Assembly: GCA_028534125.1 (NCBI GenBank)
Contig: CM052817.1
Coordinates: 51,648,001-51,712,000, forward strand
From: Lama glama
Lineage: Eukaryota
DNA length: 64,000 nucleotides
Reading direction: 5' to 3'
The notes under the pieces are model-generated. The model ran no database searches, was not told the DNA's origin, and saw nothing but the letters and a program-made list of their open reading frames with translations. Below, piece by piece: positions 25,141 to 37,286 of the stretch. Made by a program: the position numbers and the translations under genes. Positions within the stretch are counted from its first letter, which is position 1, and each line of letters starts with the position of its first letter.

Positions 25141-28100
25141 GCAGTGTATTGTCGGGTAATTACAGTAGCTCCTTTATCCATCTATTCGTCCATGAATGTA
25201 TTTGTCCTCTTGTTTTAAGCCAACATTTGTTAAACATTTCTCAAAGTAAAAATTTGAACTTAGTTTTTCCTGAGTAATAACTGAAATTTTACAAAATGAA
25301 TCTTCTTCCGCATTTTGTACTTTTATTTTTGAATTTTGTACTTTTATTTTTCTTTTCTGGCAAATGTGAAGACAGACTACTGCTCCAGTGGAACAAAATA
25401 TACAAACCTCATCCGATTTGAGCTTCTGATGACAGATACATAGTGCTATATTTTGTTAGCTTTAGAAATTTCTCTGTGTGATCACTCTAACAAAAAAAAG
25501 GCCTCACATGCAACTTGGGCATTGACTGAGATTTCCCATCACTTGGAGAACTGGATTTGCTAAAGTTGGATTTACTAAAATCAGTCCCATGGTAAAAGGT
25601 GAAGAATTAAATATCTGATAACATTACTAATTTGGAACAGAATATCTTGATTTGGCTTTCTTCTGGGCTTTAGAAGATTGACTAGATGTAATCAGCAATC
25701 TTGTATTTTCTCCAGTTACTGCTTGTCATGTTGCTGCTGGGATCCTACTATTTAAAAATATTGTAATTCGGGTGTTTATGAGATCAGTTGGTAAGTACTG
25801 CTCAGGTCTCCTTAGTTGTTTTGTAGCCATGAAGTTTAATTTCTTGTTTCTACTGGCACAACTTCACGTTTTAAAAGAATCTTGTCAGGTGACCTGAGAG
25901 AGAGTATATTTAGGGAATGGAGATATGATGACATTGAACTTTAATGGTATAATAGAAATCTAATCTGGTTCTTTTAAGAGTCAATAGATAGATAACTTAT
26001 TAACATGATTTTTGTTGAATTAAATAATTCCTATTGCTTATATAGATATATAGCTATATAAGATTACTAGGAAGTGAGAAAGGGGAAAAAAGGTTGTTTA
26101 TATTTATAATGTGTTTATTTTGCTTTTTAAAATGCTGGATCAGATTAGTTTATATTGTGAAATCTTGAAGTAATTAAGAACTGAATTAAAATTTCCACTT
26201 AATGGCTTTATTATTGTTGGTGGCTTATTCTGTGGTTAACAAGACTTTACATAATGTGAATTTGTAAGAGATTAATTTCTTCTTACGAGAATCATGAGTT
26301 ATGAGATTCATGAGTTATGAGAGTGTGTTTATTGACCTAATTACTATTTATCCACCTATAAAATTAATTGCCATACCCTAGAATTGAGGTTTAATATTGA
26401 TAAATAATATTGAAAATTATATATGGGACTATATTCCCTTGGATATAGTGTATATGAAGAATATTGTGTTGATTAAAGTTTTCCAACTGTGCCATGTTAT
26501 TTCCTATATAAAACTTCATTTTATTCTAAAAGGATACTGTAAAAATTGTTTAAATTCTATTTCTCATAGGAGGGATACTGTGATTAAGGTTAAATAGTCA
26601 TTGATAGTAAGGCCACTTTGTGTACCAAAAATTCTGTTATAGGTAATAAGAAGTATAAATGGAAAAAAATTCTGTGGTAGTTTATTTGGTATGAGGTTAA
26701 TCCAAAAAGAGGCATGTGTCATTTTACACATTGTTACATTTAATACTTGTTTTATAGTTTGCATGATTATTTCAGAAAAATGTTGACCATAAATGCTGCT
26801 GATATAGTTTTCTATTTTTATTATTGCCATTTTTCCTTTCTAATTAGCATCAAAGTCAATATGACTTCAAGACAATATTTGAAGCATATGATTAATACTA
26901 TTAAATCTAATCACATCAAAAATTACTTCATTGCAATTAAGTTTCTTTTATTTTCTACTGAAAACAATTAATTTTCAATATCTCTATGACTTTCAAGTCT
27001 TTGAAAAAAACAAACTGTACATAATGGGACATTTCAGTTCATAGGTTCTTTTTATTAAAGACAATATCATCTCTCTAGAGCTACTGACATTTAAAGCCAT
27101 GTTTTTTTGGAATGGTCTTTTCAAAACTTCACTGAGATCATATATCAAAACATCCAGTTGCAGGCTTTTAAGATGGAGTGATTGTAGGTTTTGTCTGAAT
27201 GAGCAGATTGAGTTTTTATATGAGAAAGAAACCTCTAAAAATGCCTTTTTCTTTTAGAAGAGACCATGGATACCAGGTGTGGCAGGAATGCACTGTAGTT
27301 ATTTCTCTTGGTCTGATGATATCAAGTGAAAACCTAGTGATAAATACATATTAAGTATAGAATAAGTATATATATGTATAATTTATATACTACATATATG
27401 AAATATAAAATATGATATACTATTCAATAGACATGTCTATATTTTAAAATATCTGCCCCACTTTTCCATTTTGACAATTTCAGATATGTTTATAATTTAA
27501 ATCAGTAACTACATTTCTCATTTACCTTAGGAATTCTAGTTACCTATTTTCTTGTCTTCAAATGATAGATAGGTACTCTAAAGCAAATATGGCAGAGTAA
27601 TCATTATAAGTAGATTCATTAAACTAGCTGTAAAAGATGCACATGACTTTCTCTATGTGTATACATATACATATATATAGAAATAGGTATGTGTATATAT
27701 ATATTTATATATACATATATTAAAATATAATAAAATAAGGGCTTATCTCCAACTACATTTCTTTAAAACCCACACACATACACACATATATATGTACACA
27801 CAGGTAAAATTCTGTCTAAACTTTGGCTTAATATGAGGCAGCTGTAGAAAAATTACTTTCCATGGATCATATTTTTAATAATAATAATAATAGTAACATT
27901 AGCTAAAACTGAACTTTTGGGAAGAGCTCTAAATATGTTTATGGTTTCCCCACCTAATTATAAAAACAGAAGTGGCACAAAGTGACCAACCCTGAGGAAA
28001 TCACTGTCCAACATATGGTACCAATGCATGATTGGAATCCAATTTTTAAATAACTTGGATTTTAAAAAGACACAATCTTTAAAAAATCTTCCAGGATGAA

Positions 28101-29309
28101 CTGAGCTCAACAGATAGCTCTTTTATATATAAACATTTTTAACCATTCCTTTGGTGATTGATTGCTTCCACATCAGTTCAGTCCATATCAGTCAGCACTC
28201 TGAAGGAGACCATGCAATTAAGGAGTTGTCCCTGCCCCCACTAAGCACACTACCATATAAATAAAATATGAGATCTATCATTTTTTGCTTTTTACCCTGG
28301 GGTAGAAATTTTTCAAAAGGTGGTCTAAAATTATATAAAGAAGCAGAGGTGTTACGATAATGTAAAATCAGAATATATTTAGATGATTCTGCCTTTTAAA
28401 AGTTTGGAAGTTTTGCTAGTAGATTAATAAAAGATGTTTTCTGCTACAACAAATAAGTGAAAATACACTTATAAGGAAAACTTGAATAGACACAATATTC
28501 CCAATGCTTGCTCATATTATGAGGATAGATGACAATATAGTGTCTGTCTCAGACACACTGGCTACATAATTTTGATCACACGTCTTTCTATTTTATTTTA
28601 CCTTCATGCTACTTCTCATGGATTGATTTAAACATTTACCATTTATTTGCTTTAAAATTGATTTTAAGTTAAGAATGTGTTACAGCTTGCTTACTTTTAC
28701 AACTTTCATTTATATTGTATCATCAAAGTATCATCATCCAGAACTTCCTCTCCTTTGGCTGAGCAATGATTAGAGTAGGCAACAAGGGAAAACTAAAGGG
28801 TGTTCTACGTTTACCAAAACTCTGGAAATCCCCTAGTTGTACATATGTCCTACATACATATTCTCTCCATGTCCCTGCCCAAAGACAAAGGTAACATCTC
28901 TAGCAAGAGATTATAGTCATTAATTTTGATAATAAATGTTTCAGTCTACATAAGCAGCAAAGAACTAATTATCTATATAGAATTTTTATTAAAGCCACTA
29001 AATTTGGATCATGGCTAGCCTATAAGAATAAATTCAAGTCTTTTCTAAAATTAAAACTTAATATTGTTTTATTACACTTTTCTAACTAATTTACATACTG
29101 ATAAGTAGTCAAAGCGGGCATTGGGCACATATATTTTTACTTGTGGTTTTTAATTATGGCCATTTTTAGAGAAATCACTAAAGGCATGGGAGATTTAGAA
29201 AAGGTAGTCCGATTAGGAGAAAGATCATGTTGTCTTCAACAAACGTACAAGCAGTTATAAGTTCTTAGAAGTTGTCATCTCAAACACACACACGTGCACA
29301 TATACTTTA

Positions 29310-29555
29310 GTGTCTTTATTGTTGACATACAGTAAACTGCATATTAAGAGTACAATTTGATAGGTTTTTAACATATCTACACACCTGTGAGATATCACCA
29401 CAAATAAGATAATGATCATATCTATTTGTCCCAACAGTTACTCATGTCCCTTATTAACCCAATCAAAAGGAGGATATACTATATGACTTCATTTATGTAA
29501 AACGCTAGAAAAAGCAAACAAACCTATTGTAGCAGAATGCAGATAATTGTTTATT
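29310..29555. mobile_element. Two adjacent old L1M 3'UTR fragments in opposite orientation
   Basis: 29310-29455 is antisense (tttattgttgacatacagtaaactgc...cacctgtgagatatcaccacaaataagata). 29460-29555 is sense (atactatatgacttcatttatgtaaaac...gaatgcagataattg). Confidence 0.5.
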
Positions 29556-30919
29556 CACTTCTTTACTTATCAAAATTTTTATGTGTCTAGTATCATCCAG
29601 AAACTGTTCTAAAACCTCAGCATGCAATAGTGAAAAAGGCACATGAGTTTTCTAATTTTATGGAGATTATAGTCTGGTTGAACTAAAGCAAATTAGGTAT
29701 AAATGAACAAACAAATTAATTTACAGAAAAAATACTAAAGGATCAGGAAAATGTGAACTGTAAGAAAAATAATCTCCAAATGAAGAAAGGAAAATTTGGT
29801 ATCAGAGATAAAGATAACAGGCAATAAGAGTGAGCCAGAAGTTTAAGACAGCAGCAGTTCGCAAAACCACACCAATCCAGTTTCCAGCCTCAGGTTTCTA
29901 AGTTTATATGACTTTATTAAAAGAAGTACTGATTCTAGTATGATTTGCCTTCAGTGCTTCCTAAAATGACTGACTGATAAAGTGATTCAAGTGGAGTCTT
30001 TAAAGATCACAGAATCCTTGTCCACAGTCTGACCTCCTGAGTCAGAATTTCCTGGAGAGAAGTCTACTAATCTTTACTTCTAAGAAAAACTGGCCCAGAC
30101 CCGTCTGGATAACAAGAAACACCTAAATATGATGAACTGGATGTGGCACAGATGAGTGTTAGCTTCCAGCTGGAAGATATCGACCATCCACTTGGCCAGA
30201 TTTTGACCTTTGGAATTAAATATAAGATGCATGTATTTTTGAAAACTTATATATAAATAAGGTAATATATTACTCACGTGGAGGGACTTTTTGGAGGAAA
30301 GTAAAAGAAGTGCCTGTGGGAGAAGTTTTAACACATTCGTGGACTCACACACTGAAAAGATTTCAAAATTATCTTATCTTTCTCAGTGCTTTATTTAAGA
30401 TTCAAATTTTACATAGCTAAGTCAAAAGCATAAAGGTGTATTATTTGTTTTTTTTAATACAAGTAACCAATACTTGAGTCTATAGTTTATTTTTGTCTAC
30501 ACAAATAGCATTGGGTACAGGGACTGATGAATGGTACTTTCATATTCCATTTAACATGATTAAGTTTCATGTTTTCATTATGATAGCTTTCTTTTGAATA
30601 ATGAGGCAGACATCAGTCTATATTAAGTGAATTATTGTCATTTACTTAACACTTAGAATTAAACACTTTAGCTTTTTAAAAAAATCTGTGATAATCAAGG
30701 AAATTTACCTATAACTATTTATTTATGTAGAGTTGTGAAATTCACTGGACATGGAAAAGTAAAAATTCTTACCATATAGGTGCTTTGCCGTTTGATCTCA
30801 TCCAGCATTCAGAAGTTGATTTTATTGATGAAAATTTGAAAGGATTAATGAGTTATGGAGAATCTATTATTGAAGTCTTCTAAAACAATTGTCAATATTT
30901 ACAACTAATATTACTATAA

Positions 30920-31115
30920 ACAGCATTTAATTGGTACCTACTCTATACTTGGTATTGCAGTACAGAATCAGAATTCAATCTTACAAAAAGTTTGCATCAT
31001 TGTTCCTGTTTTAAAGATAAAGCGTGCATTCATAGAGGTTAAGTATTCTAAACAGGGTCACTCAGCTAGGAAATGGCTCTTTGCCAAAGGACTTGAAGCC
31101 ATTTCTACTCAACAT
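30920..31115 (-). mobile_element. MIR SINE
   Basis: ttcctgttttaaagataa...catagaggttaagtattctaaacagggtcactcagctaggaaatggc. Confidence 0.6.
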
Positions 31116-31389
31116 CAAAGCTGTCTGTGCCATGGCATGCATGCCTTCCCATCTGGTGACACTGTGCCCTAAACTAGGTTCGATATTTGAAAAGTTGGAC
31201 AACATACTGTTTCACATAACAGATAGCAGACTTTTGTATATCATTGCTTGTACCATTGAAATGTTAGAGATTTCTATATTATGTAATTATCCATAAGTCA
31301 AATAGACACAGATTGGCAATTCTTTAGTCACTAGACATATATACTGGAATTAGCCAATTAAGTAAGTAGATGGCAAATCGTGGGAGTCA

Positions 31390-32450
31390 CTGTTGAAATG
31401 GGAGGTTGCAGATCAGTTAGAGTGAAGAGGCTAGAATGATCCATGTGATAACTGGTGATATCAGTGTATACTCATGTTTAGCTTAATATACACGTATGTA
31501 TACACACATATAACTATAGCTGTGTGTAGGAATGTTTATAGATATACACAAGTTAACATGCACATACTTACTTCCTGGCTTTGTCAACTGAGAGGGTCTA
31601 GAAGCCATACCCCAGTAGCTAACTGAAAGAGTAACCAATGGCCAAAGTTCTAACAACTTGGGTAAAAATTAATGTATTAGATTGTAAGCCAAAGTATAAA
31701 AAAATCCATGTGTCCATATTCCATATGGATATAAAGAAGTGATTAAATAAATAAATAAGGTTGAATAAACATTAATTTGTGCAGATACTCTGACCTTATG
31801 GAGGTAGAGCATAACACTTCCTTCCTTGAGTGTGGGCCACACATAGTCACTTTATTCCCAAGAGTACACTATTGAAAACTGGAATAAGAATAACTTGAGA
31901 GTGGAGAAACCTGATCAGGCTGCCTCAGTCAAACGATCAAGGTGAACCCAACAGTGATGAGTTATATTGATCTGATATAGCCTTGATATGATGGAATGAA
32001 AATGGCAGTCTTCCTCTGGAGTCTTCCTCCAAAAAACTCATAACTCAAGTCTCATCATGAGAAAAACATCCAGTCAATCCCAACTGAGATGCAGTTTACA
32101 AAATACCTGATAAGTGTGCCTCAAAACTGTCAAAGTCATCAAACCAAGCGAAGTTTGAGAAATAGCCAAGAGAAGCCTAAGGATATGTGGTAACTAAATG
32201 TAATATGACATGCCTGTGCTAGGAAGATGATAATAAGTAAAGACTAAGGAAATCTCAATAAAATATCTACTTAAATAATAATGTATCAGTATTGTTTCAT
32301 TAACTGTGAAATCTCCAACTAATAAGATGTGCTGTACTGTTGTAAGATGTTTCTAATAGAGAACATTAGGTGTGGGATATATGGGGTCTCTCTGTACTAT
32401 CTTCCTAATCTTGCTATAAATATAAAACTATTCTCAATTTAAGATTTTTT
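31390..32450 (+). mobile_element. Old L1MC-like 3'UTR
   Basis: gtggagaaacctga...atcaaggtgaac...catgagaaaaacatc...ctcaaaactgtcaaagtcatcaaa...ctctctgtactatctt, characteristic of L1MC3/4 3' regions. Confidence 0.72.
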
Positions 32451-33339
32451 AATTCAATCAGACAAATTAGTCCATAATGGGAAATGTTACTAAAAGATAA
32501 ATATCTTGCTTCTTATATAAGTACCCAAAGTTCACCTCCAACATAGAAGCTACAATACAGAAACATTTTGAAATGTTTCCACATATATAGAAGTTCTGTG
32601 AATTATTTTGTTCTGTTCACAACTTGATTTCTCTAGTATTTCTGTTCTTCTTACCTGAGGACAGTCGTAGTTTTATGATTTACCATCATCTAGCACAATT
32701 TTACAGGCAGCTCTAAGTCATCATTCTCATTTTGTTCCAGGCTTACTTCGTAAGAGGTCGAGCAGATAAAGAATGAGTAAAAGGTATAAGTGAGGGAGAT
32801 AAATGAGATAAATTAAACATGTCCTGATGCTGTAAAATGTGATCTGTAAAATACTTTACAGTGAGAAAATAGTGTTGCCAGTCATAATTTGGGCATCATA
32901 GTTTTGTCCCCAGGAGCTGTCAGTGTCCCCACTTTGATCAGATGATGCAGAGATGGTCTCATTGTAGAGCAAATAATCCTTGACCTACTCTGAGCTGAGA
33001 AGTGGTCTCCTTCCATTCTGAACCATGTTTTAAAGGGTTCTATTTTCTTTTCTGAGAAACTAAGTTTGGAAAACATTAGTGCTTATTAAATTGAACAGTC
33101 TTTGAAAACTACACAATTTATGTTTAACTTTGATGAATGTACGTAAATTGCAAAGAATTTTCCTTCAAGTTGGTTGTGTCTAAGTTGATATTTATTTGAT
33201 AGCTTCACACTGAAATGCTTGATTATTTTATTATAGAATTGTTCTTAAAGCATAAATCCCCAACTAATAAGATCCTAGTATATGCATGTAAGGTGAGACA
33301 AACTCAGTTTTGAATGATACCTGATGATGTGTGTATTTC

Positions 33340-33470
33340 CCACTCCTTCATTCATGCATGCATCCATTTGACAAATATTTATGAAATAACTGTGTGCCAA
33401 GTAATTTTCTAGTACTGGAGATATAGCAGTGAACTAAACCAAATTAACTCCTGCCTTCGTGGAGCATATA
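33340..33470 (-). mobile_element. L2 3' terminus
   Basis: ttcattcatgcatgcatccatttgacaaatatttatg...tgtgtgccaag...tactggagatatagcagtgaac...cctgccttcgtggagc. Confidence 0.72.
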
Positions 33471-34015
33471 TGTTAAATGCAATTATAAATAGAAAATTGA
33501 CAACACCATCAATTTATTAAGTGAAAACTGACAGCTATCTATAAGAAATATATCAATCAAAATGAGGATGTCTGCAATATAGCAAATGAGTGAAGAACTT
33601 TAAAGGTAGTCTTTGTCTGGATCTTTTACTAAAGAATCATACAATAAATATATAGTGGTAATGGGAAAACGACTGTAATTTATCATTTAAGATCATTCGT
33701 AAAGATTTTCACTATTGAACAAAATACATTTAAAAATTCCACTGTCTTCCTTAATTCTCTGGTACTGTTTCTAATTCAGTAAATTTGATATCTTGCTACA
33801 AACACTGTGGTGAACTGGGGGACCCATAGCTTCCTCTTTCCTGTTTCCATGCCTTCTGGATACTTTGTCCACAATACTGAATATGGCATGACTTTTCCCT
33901 CCCAAGGACATCAGTAGGGACTTTGAACCTATGCCGAAGTGTGACTGTAATAACTACCAGTCAAGTACAATTTCCATGAAAGTAAATAAACTGCAATTTC
34001 AAAACTACCTTTAGA

Positions 34016-34889
34016 ACCCTCCTACACTGTTGGTGGAAATGTAAATTGGTGCAACCACTATGGAGGACACTATGGAGGGTCCTTAAAAAACTAAAAATAG
34101 ACTTAACATATGATCCAGCTATCCTACTCCCGGGCATATATCCAGAGAAAACTCTAATTTGAAAAGACACCGGCACCCCAGTGTTCTTAACAGCACTGGT
34201 TACTATAGCCAAGACATGGAGACAACCTAAATGTTCATTGACAGATGAATGAATAAATAAGTTATGGTATGTGTGTGTGTGTGTGTGTGTGTGTGTACAC
34301 AATGGTTATGGTATGTACACACACACACAATGGAATATATATATATATTGGAATATATGTTTGTTTATACATATGTATACACATACACACACTGGAATAT
34401 TACTTGGCCATAAAAAGAATGAAATAATGCCATTTGCAGCAACATGGATGAACCTAGAGATTATGATATTAAGTGAAGTAAGTCAGACAGAGAAAGATAA
34501 ATAGCATATGAAATCACTTTAAAAAGGATACAATTTTATTTACAAACCAGAAATAGTCTCACAGACATAGAAAACAAACTACAGTTACCAAAGGGAAAGG
34601 AAGGGGAGGGATAAATTAGGAGTTTGGGATCAACATATATACTGTGTTGATCTATGTTTATACTATATATAAAACAAACAACAGAGACCTACTGTGTAGC
34701 ACAGGGAACTATATTCAATTTCTTCTAATAAGCTATAATCCAAAAGAATCTGGAAATGTGTGTGTGTGTATGTGTGTGTGTGTGTATATATACATATACA
34801 TATATGTATGTATGTATGTATAAAATTTGCTCTGCTGTACACCTGAAACTAACATGGTAAATCAACAACACTTCAGTAAAAAAAAAAAT
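34016..34889 (+). mobile_element. 5'-truncated LINE-1 (ORF2 end and 3'UTR) with perfect 15-bp TSD
   Basis: aaaactacctttaga at 34001-34015 and 34890-34904; A-tail at ~34878-34889; NEIMPFAATWMNLEIMILSEVSQTEKDK-type sequence; internal (TG)n/(CA)n expansions. Confidence 0.93.
34270..34296. repeat. (TG)n microsatellite inside L1
   Basis: Directly visible, followed by a short (CA)n run. Confidence 0.92.
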
Positions 34890-35259
34890 AAAACTACCTT
34901 TAGACAATTTTGCCTTCACATTACACATATTGTTCTATAGTATTCCAGAAAACTTGTGGAACTGCACATGTTTAAGAAAAGAGGATAAAGCTGAAATTAT
35001 ACAACCTCTGAATCTGAATACCTCAAAGCTCTATGATTAGAAGAATATAACTACAAATTACAGTATGAAAGTCATTATCACTCTATTATGGGTACATAAA
35101 ATAATAGACAGTTAACTAATTTTGCTTTAATAGATTATATCTATCTCTATTTTAATTTTATTAAAAGATACTTCATCCTTGAGTTTCATAGATGAGTTTG
35201 TTGACAGAATAAATAATTAAAAATAAAAGTTTTCTCTATATTTGATTTTTTACCACCCG

Positions 35260-35830
35260 TCATTTACTCTATACATATTTATTGGACCCTCCTCTGCTAT
35301 GGTGCTGTTCTAGATCTAGGGATTCAGCAGTGAATGAAATAAATAATATCCCTATCTTCATAAAAACTACATTCTACTTGAAAGGACTGAAAAAAGAAAA
35401 TATAGAATTAAGATGCATATCAGATGGTACAAGTGCAAGAGATAAAGAGAAAAATAGAATACTAAAGGAACCAAGGACATGGCGAGGTGAGGGGGGCTGA
35501 GGGACAGAGTAGGCAGGAAAGCTCTCAGGGAGAAACCCAGAGGTGAAGACAGCCCTGGGGAAGTCAGGGTGAGAAGCCCCTCTAAACAGTAGGATGCAAA
35601 TACAAAGATCCTTAGGCACGAGTACGAGTACGAGTTCATCTGAAGTGCCTAAGGACAGACATCTGGGCAGAGCTGCTGGGGAACAGTTGCAGGAGGCGGT
35701 GAGGTCAGAGAGGATGCGGGGAGTGGGAGTGTAGATGCTGGTCTGCAGTCCACACGTAGGTTACACTCTGCAGTGAGACAGAGGCACAGAGGGTTTTAAG
35801 CAGAGACGTGACATGACCTCGTTTCTGTTT
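35260..35830 (-). mobile_element. L2 LINE 3' fragment
   Basis: Antisense L2 3' end: catatttattgg...tgctgttctagatctagggattcagcagtgaatgaa..., continuing to gagggttttaagcagagacgtgacatgacct. Confidence 0.72.
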
Positions 35831-37161
35831 TTAAACGATGAGCCTCTTCCCCAGCCTGCTTTTCACACTCGTGTTGTACCCACCAAACAGTTCTGAACTT
35901 TGTTTCTACTGTCTGTAGCCTCTGATTTGATTTTCTGAGGAGTGGAAAAACAATTAAACATGACAAATTACAGTGTGTTATTTTGTCTGAACAATGCTGA
36001 AAGTTAAAATAGTTAGAAACTATATATATATATGTTCATATGTATAACACAGATATAAATTTTAATCTCACCAGATATCTCATCCGTTCATGTAGGTCTC
36101 AGCCTCTGATTATACACCACTCACTGTTGCTCACATCTTTTCTATCTTATTATATGTACATTATATATAATATACACATATATTATATATTACTTCTCTA
36201 TTTCCTACAAATACACACATATATACGTACATACATATATATACACCATTTATTAGTCTATGATGGTTTTTTCCCCTGTGTCTTCTATAAAAGCTGAACA
36301 CTACAAAAATGAAGGCCATCTACATCAAGAAAAATATTAGTCAAGGCCTCTTTATGGTATCAAACCCAGAGCCTATACAAATAATCAGCAGATTGATAAA
36401 ACTGAATGTTGAATCAAATAGTCATATGTGTAGGAATTCAAAATATTCAGAAATATCCAAAATAGACTTTATGTGAAAAATACTTTTTCATCATAAAAGT
36501 AGTCATTGAATAGATACTGGCAAACAGCAATGAACACTACAAGTGATTGTGATTTCTAACGAAATATTTGGGGGAAATGGAAATGAAGGGAAATGTTTAT
36601 TTTATTTACTATGGTTTTCAATATATGCCACATATTTAGTAGCATATTTTTGAAGGAAAACCTTCACTATATTTAAAATATGAATGTGTTAATGATTATA
36701 GGACCCATATGATTTCAAAATTAAGAAATGATAAGCAAAAGCCTTAATGTTGAAAAAAAGTGGCAATATAGATAATTATGTATGTATAAGCATAATGTGA
36801 CATATTATACAGAGTCCACAAATTTTAGAAACATAGAAGATATATAAGGTCATCAAGAACATCTTTATTCTATAAAAAGTAAGATAGTTTATGTTGCAAA
36901 ACTTTATAGAGAAAATGTGGGCTTAAGAGTCTATGTGACTACAATTTTATTATGGAAAATTCTCAGAATATTAGTCGACATATTTTAAAGTTTTTGCAAT
37001 CTGTAAAAACTTATATAAAATTAAATTGCTATCAATTTTAAACAAAATTTAATTATTTGAGATTTTTATTATGCCACTTTTCAAGAATGCTAATATATGC
37101 TACACACAGTTGTTGTTTCAAGGCCCTGTTAATCATGCTACTGTGCATTACTATTTTGCAG

Positions 37162-37286
37162 CCCCCTCTCCAGTCACCAATGTGAAAAAGGGGAAGATTG
37201 CAAAAAACAGCATCTCTTTGTCTTGGCAAGAGCCAGATCGCCCCAATGGAATCATCCTGGAGTATGAAATCAAATACTTTGAAAAG
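37162..37286 (+). CDS. EPHA5: EPH receptor A5 coding exon (human-equivalent exon 6), N-terminal half of second FN3 domain
   Basis: ttttgcag|CC CCC TCT...TTT GAA AAG|gtggga. 125 nt, phase 1 to phase 0. Translates (A)[41 protein letters not shown], recognised as EphA5 FN3-2 (inside ORF 37071-37304). Confidence 0.96.

Noticed and set aside
37071..37161. ATG-initiated extension upstream of exon 6 (and similarly 48820-48928 before exon 8)
   Set aside because: Intronic open frames upstream of good splice acceptors, with no homology or promoter evidence.
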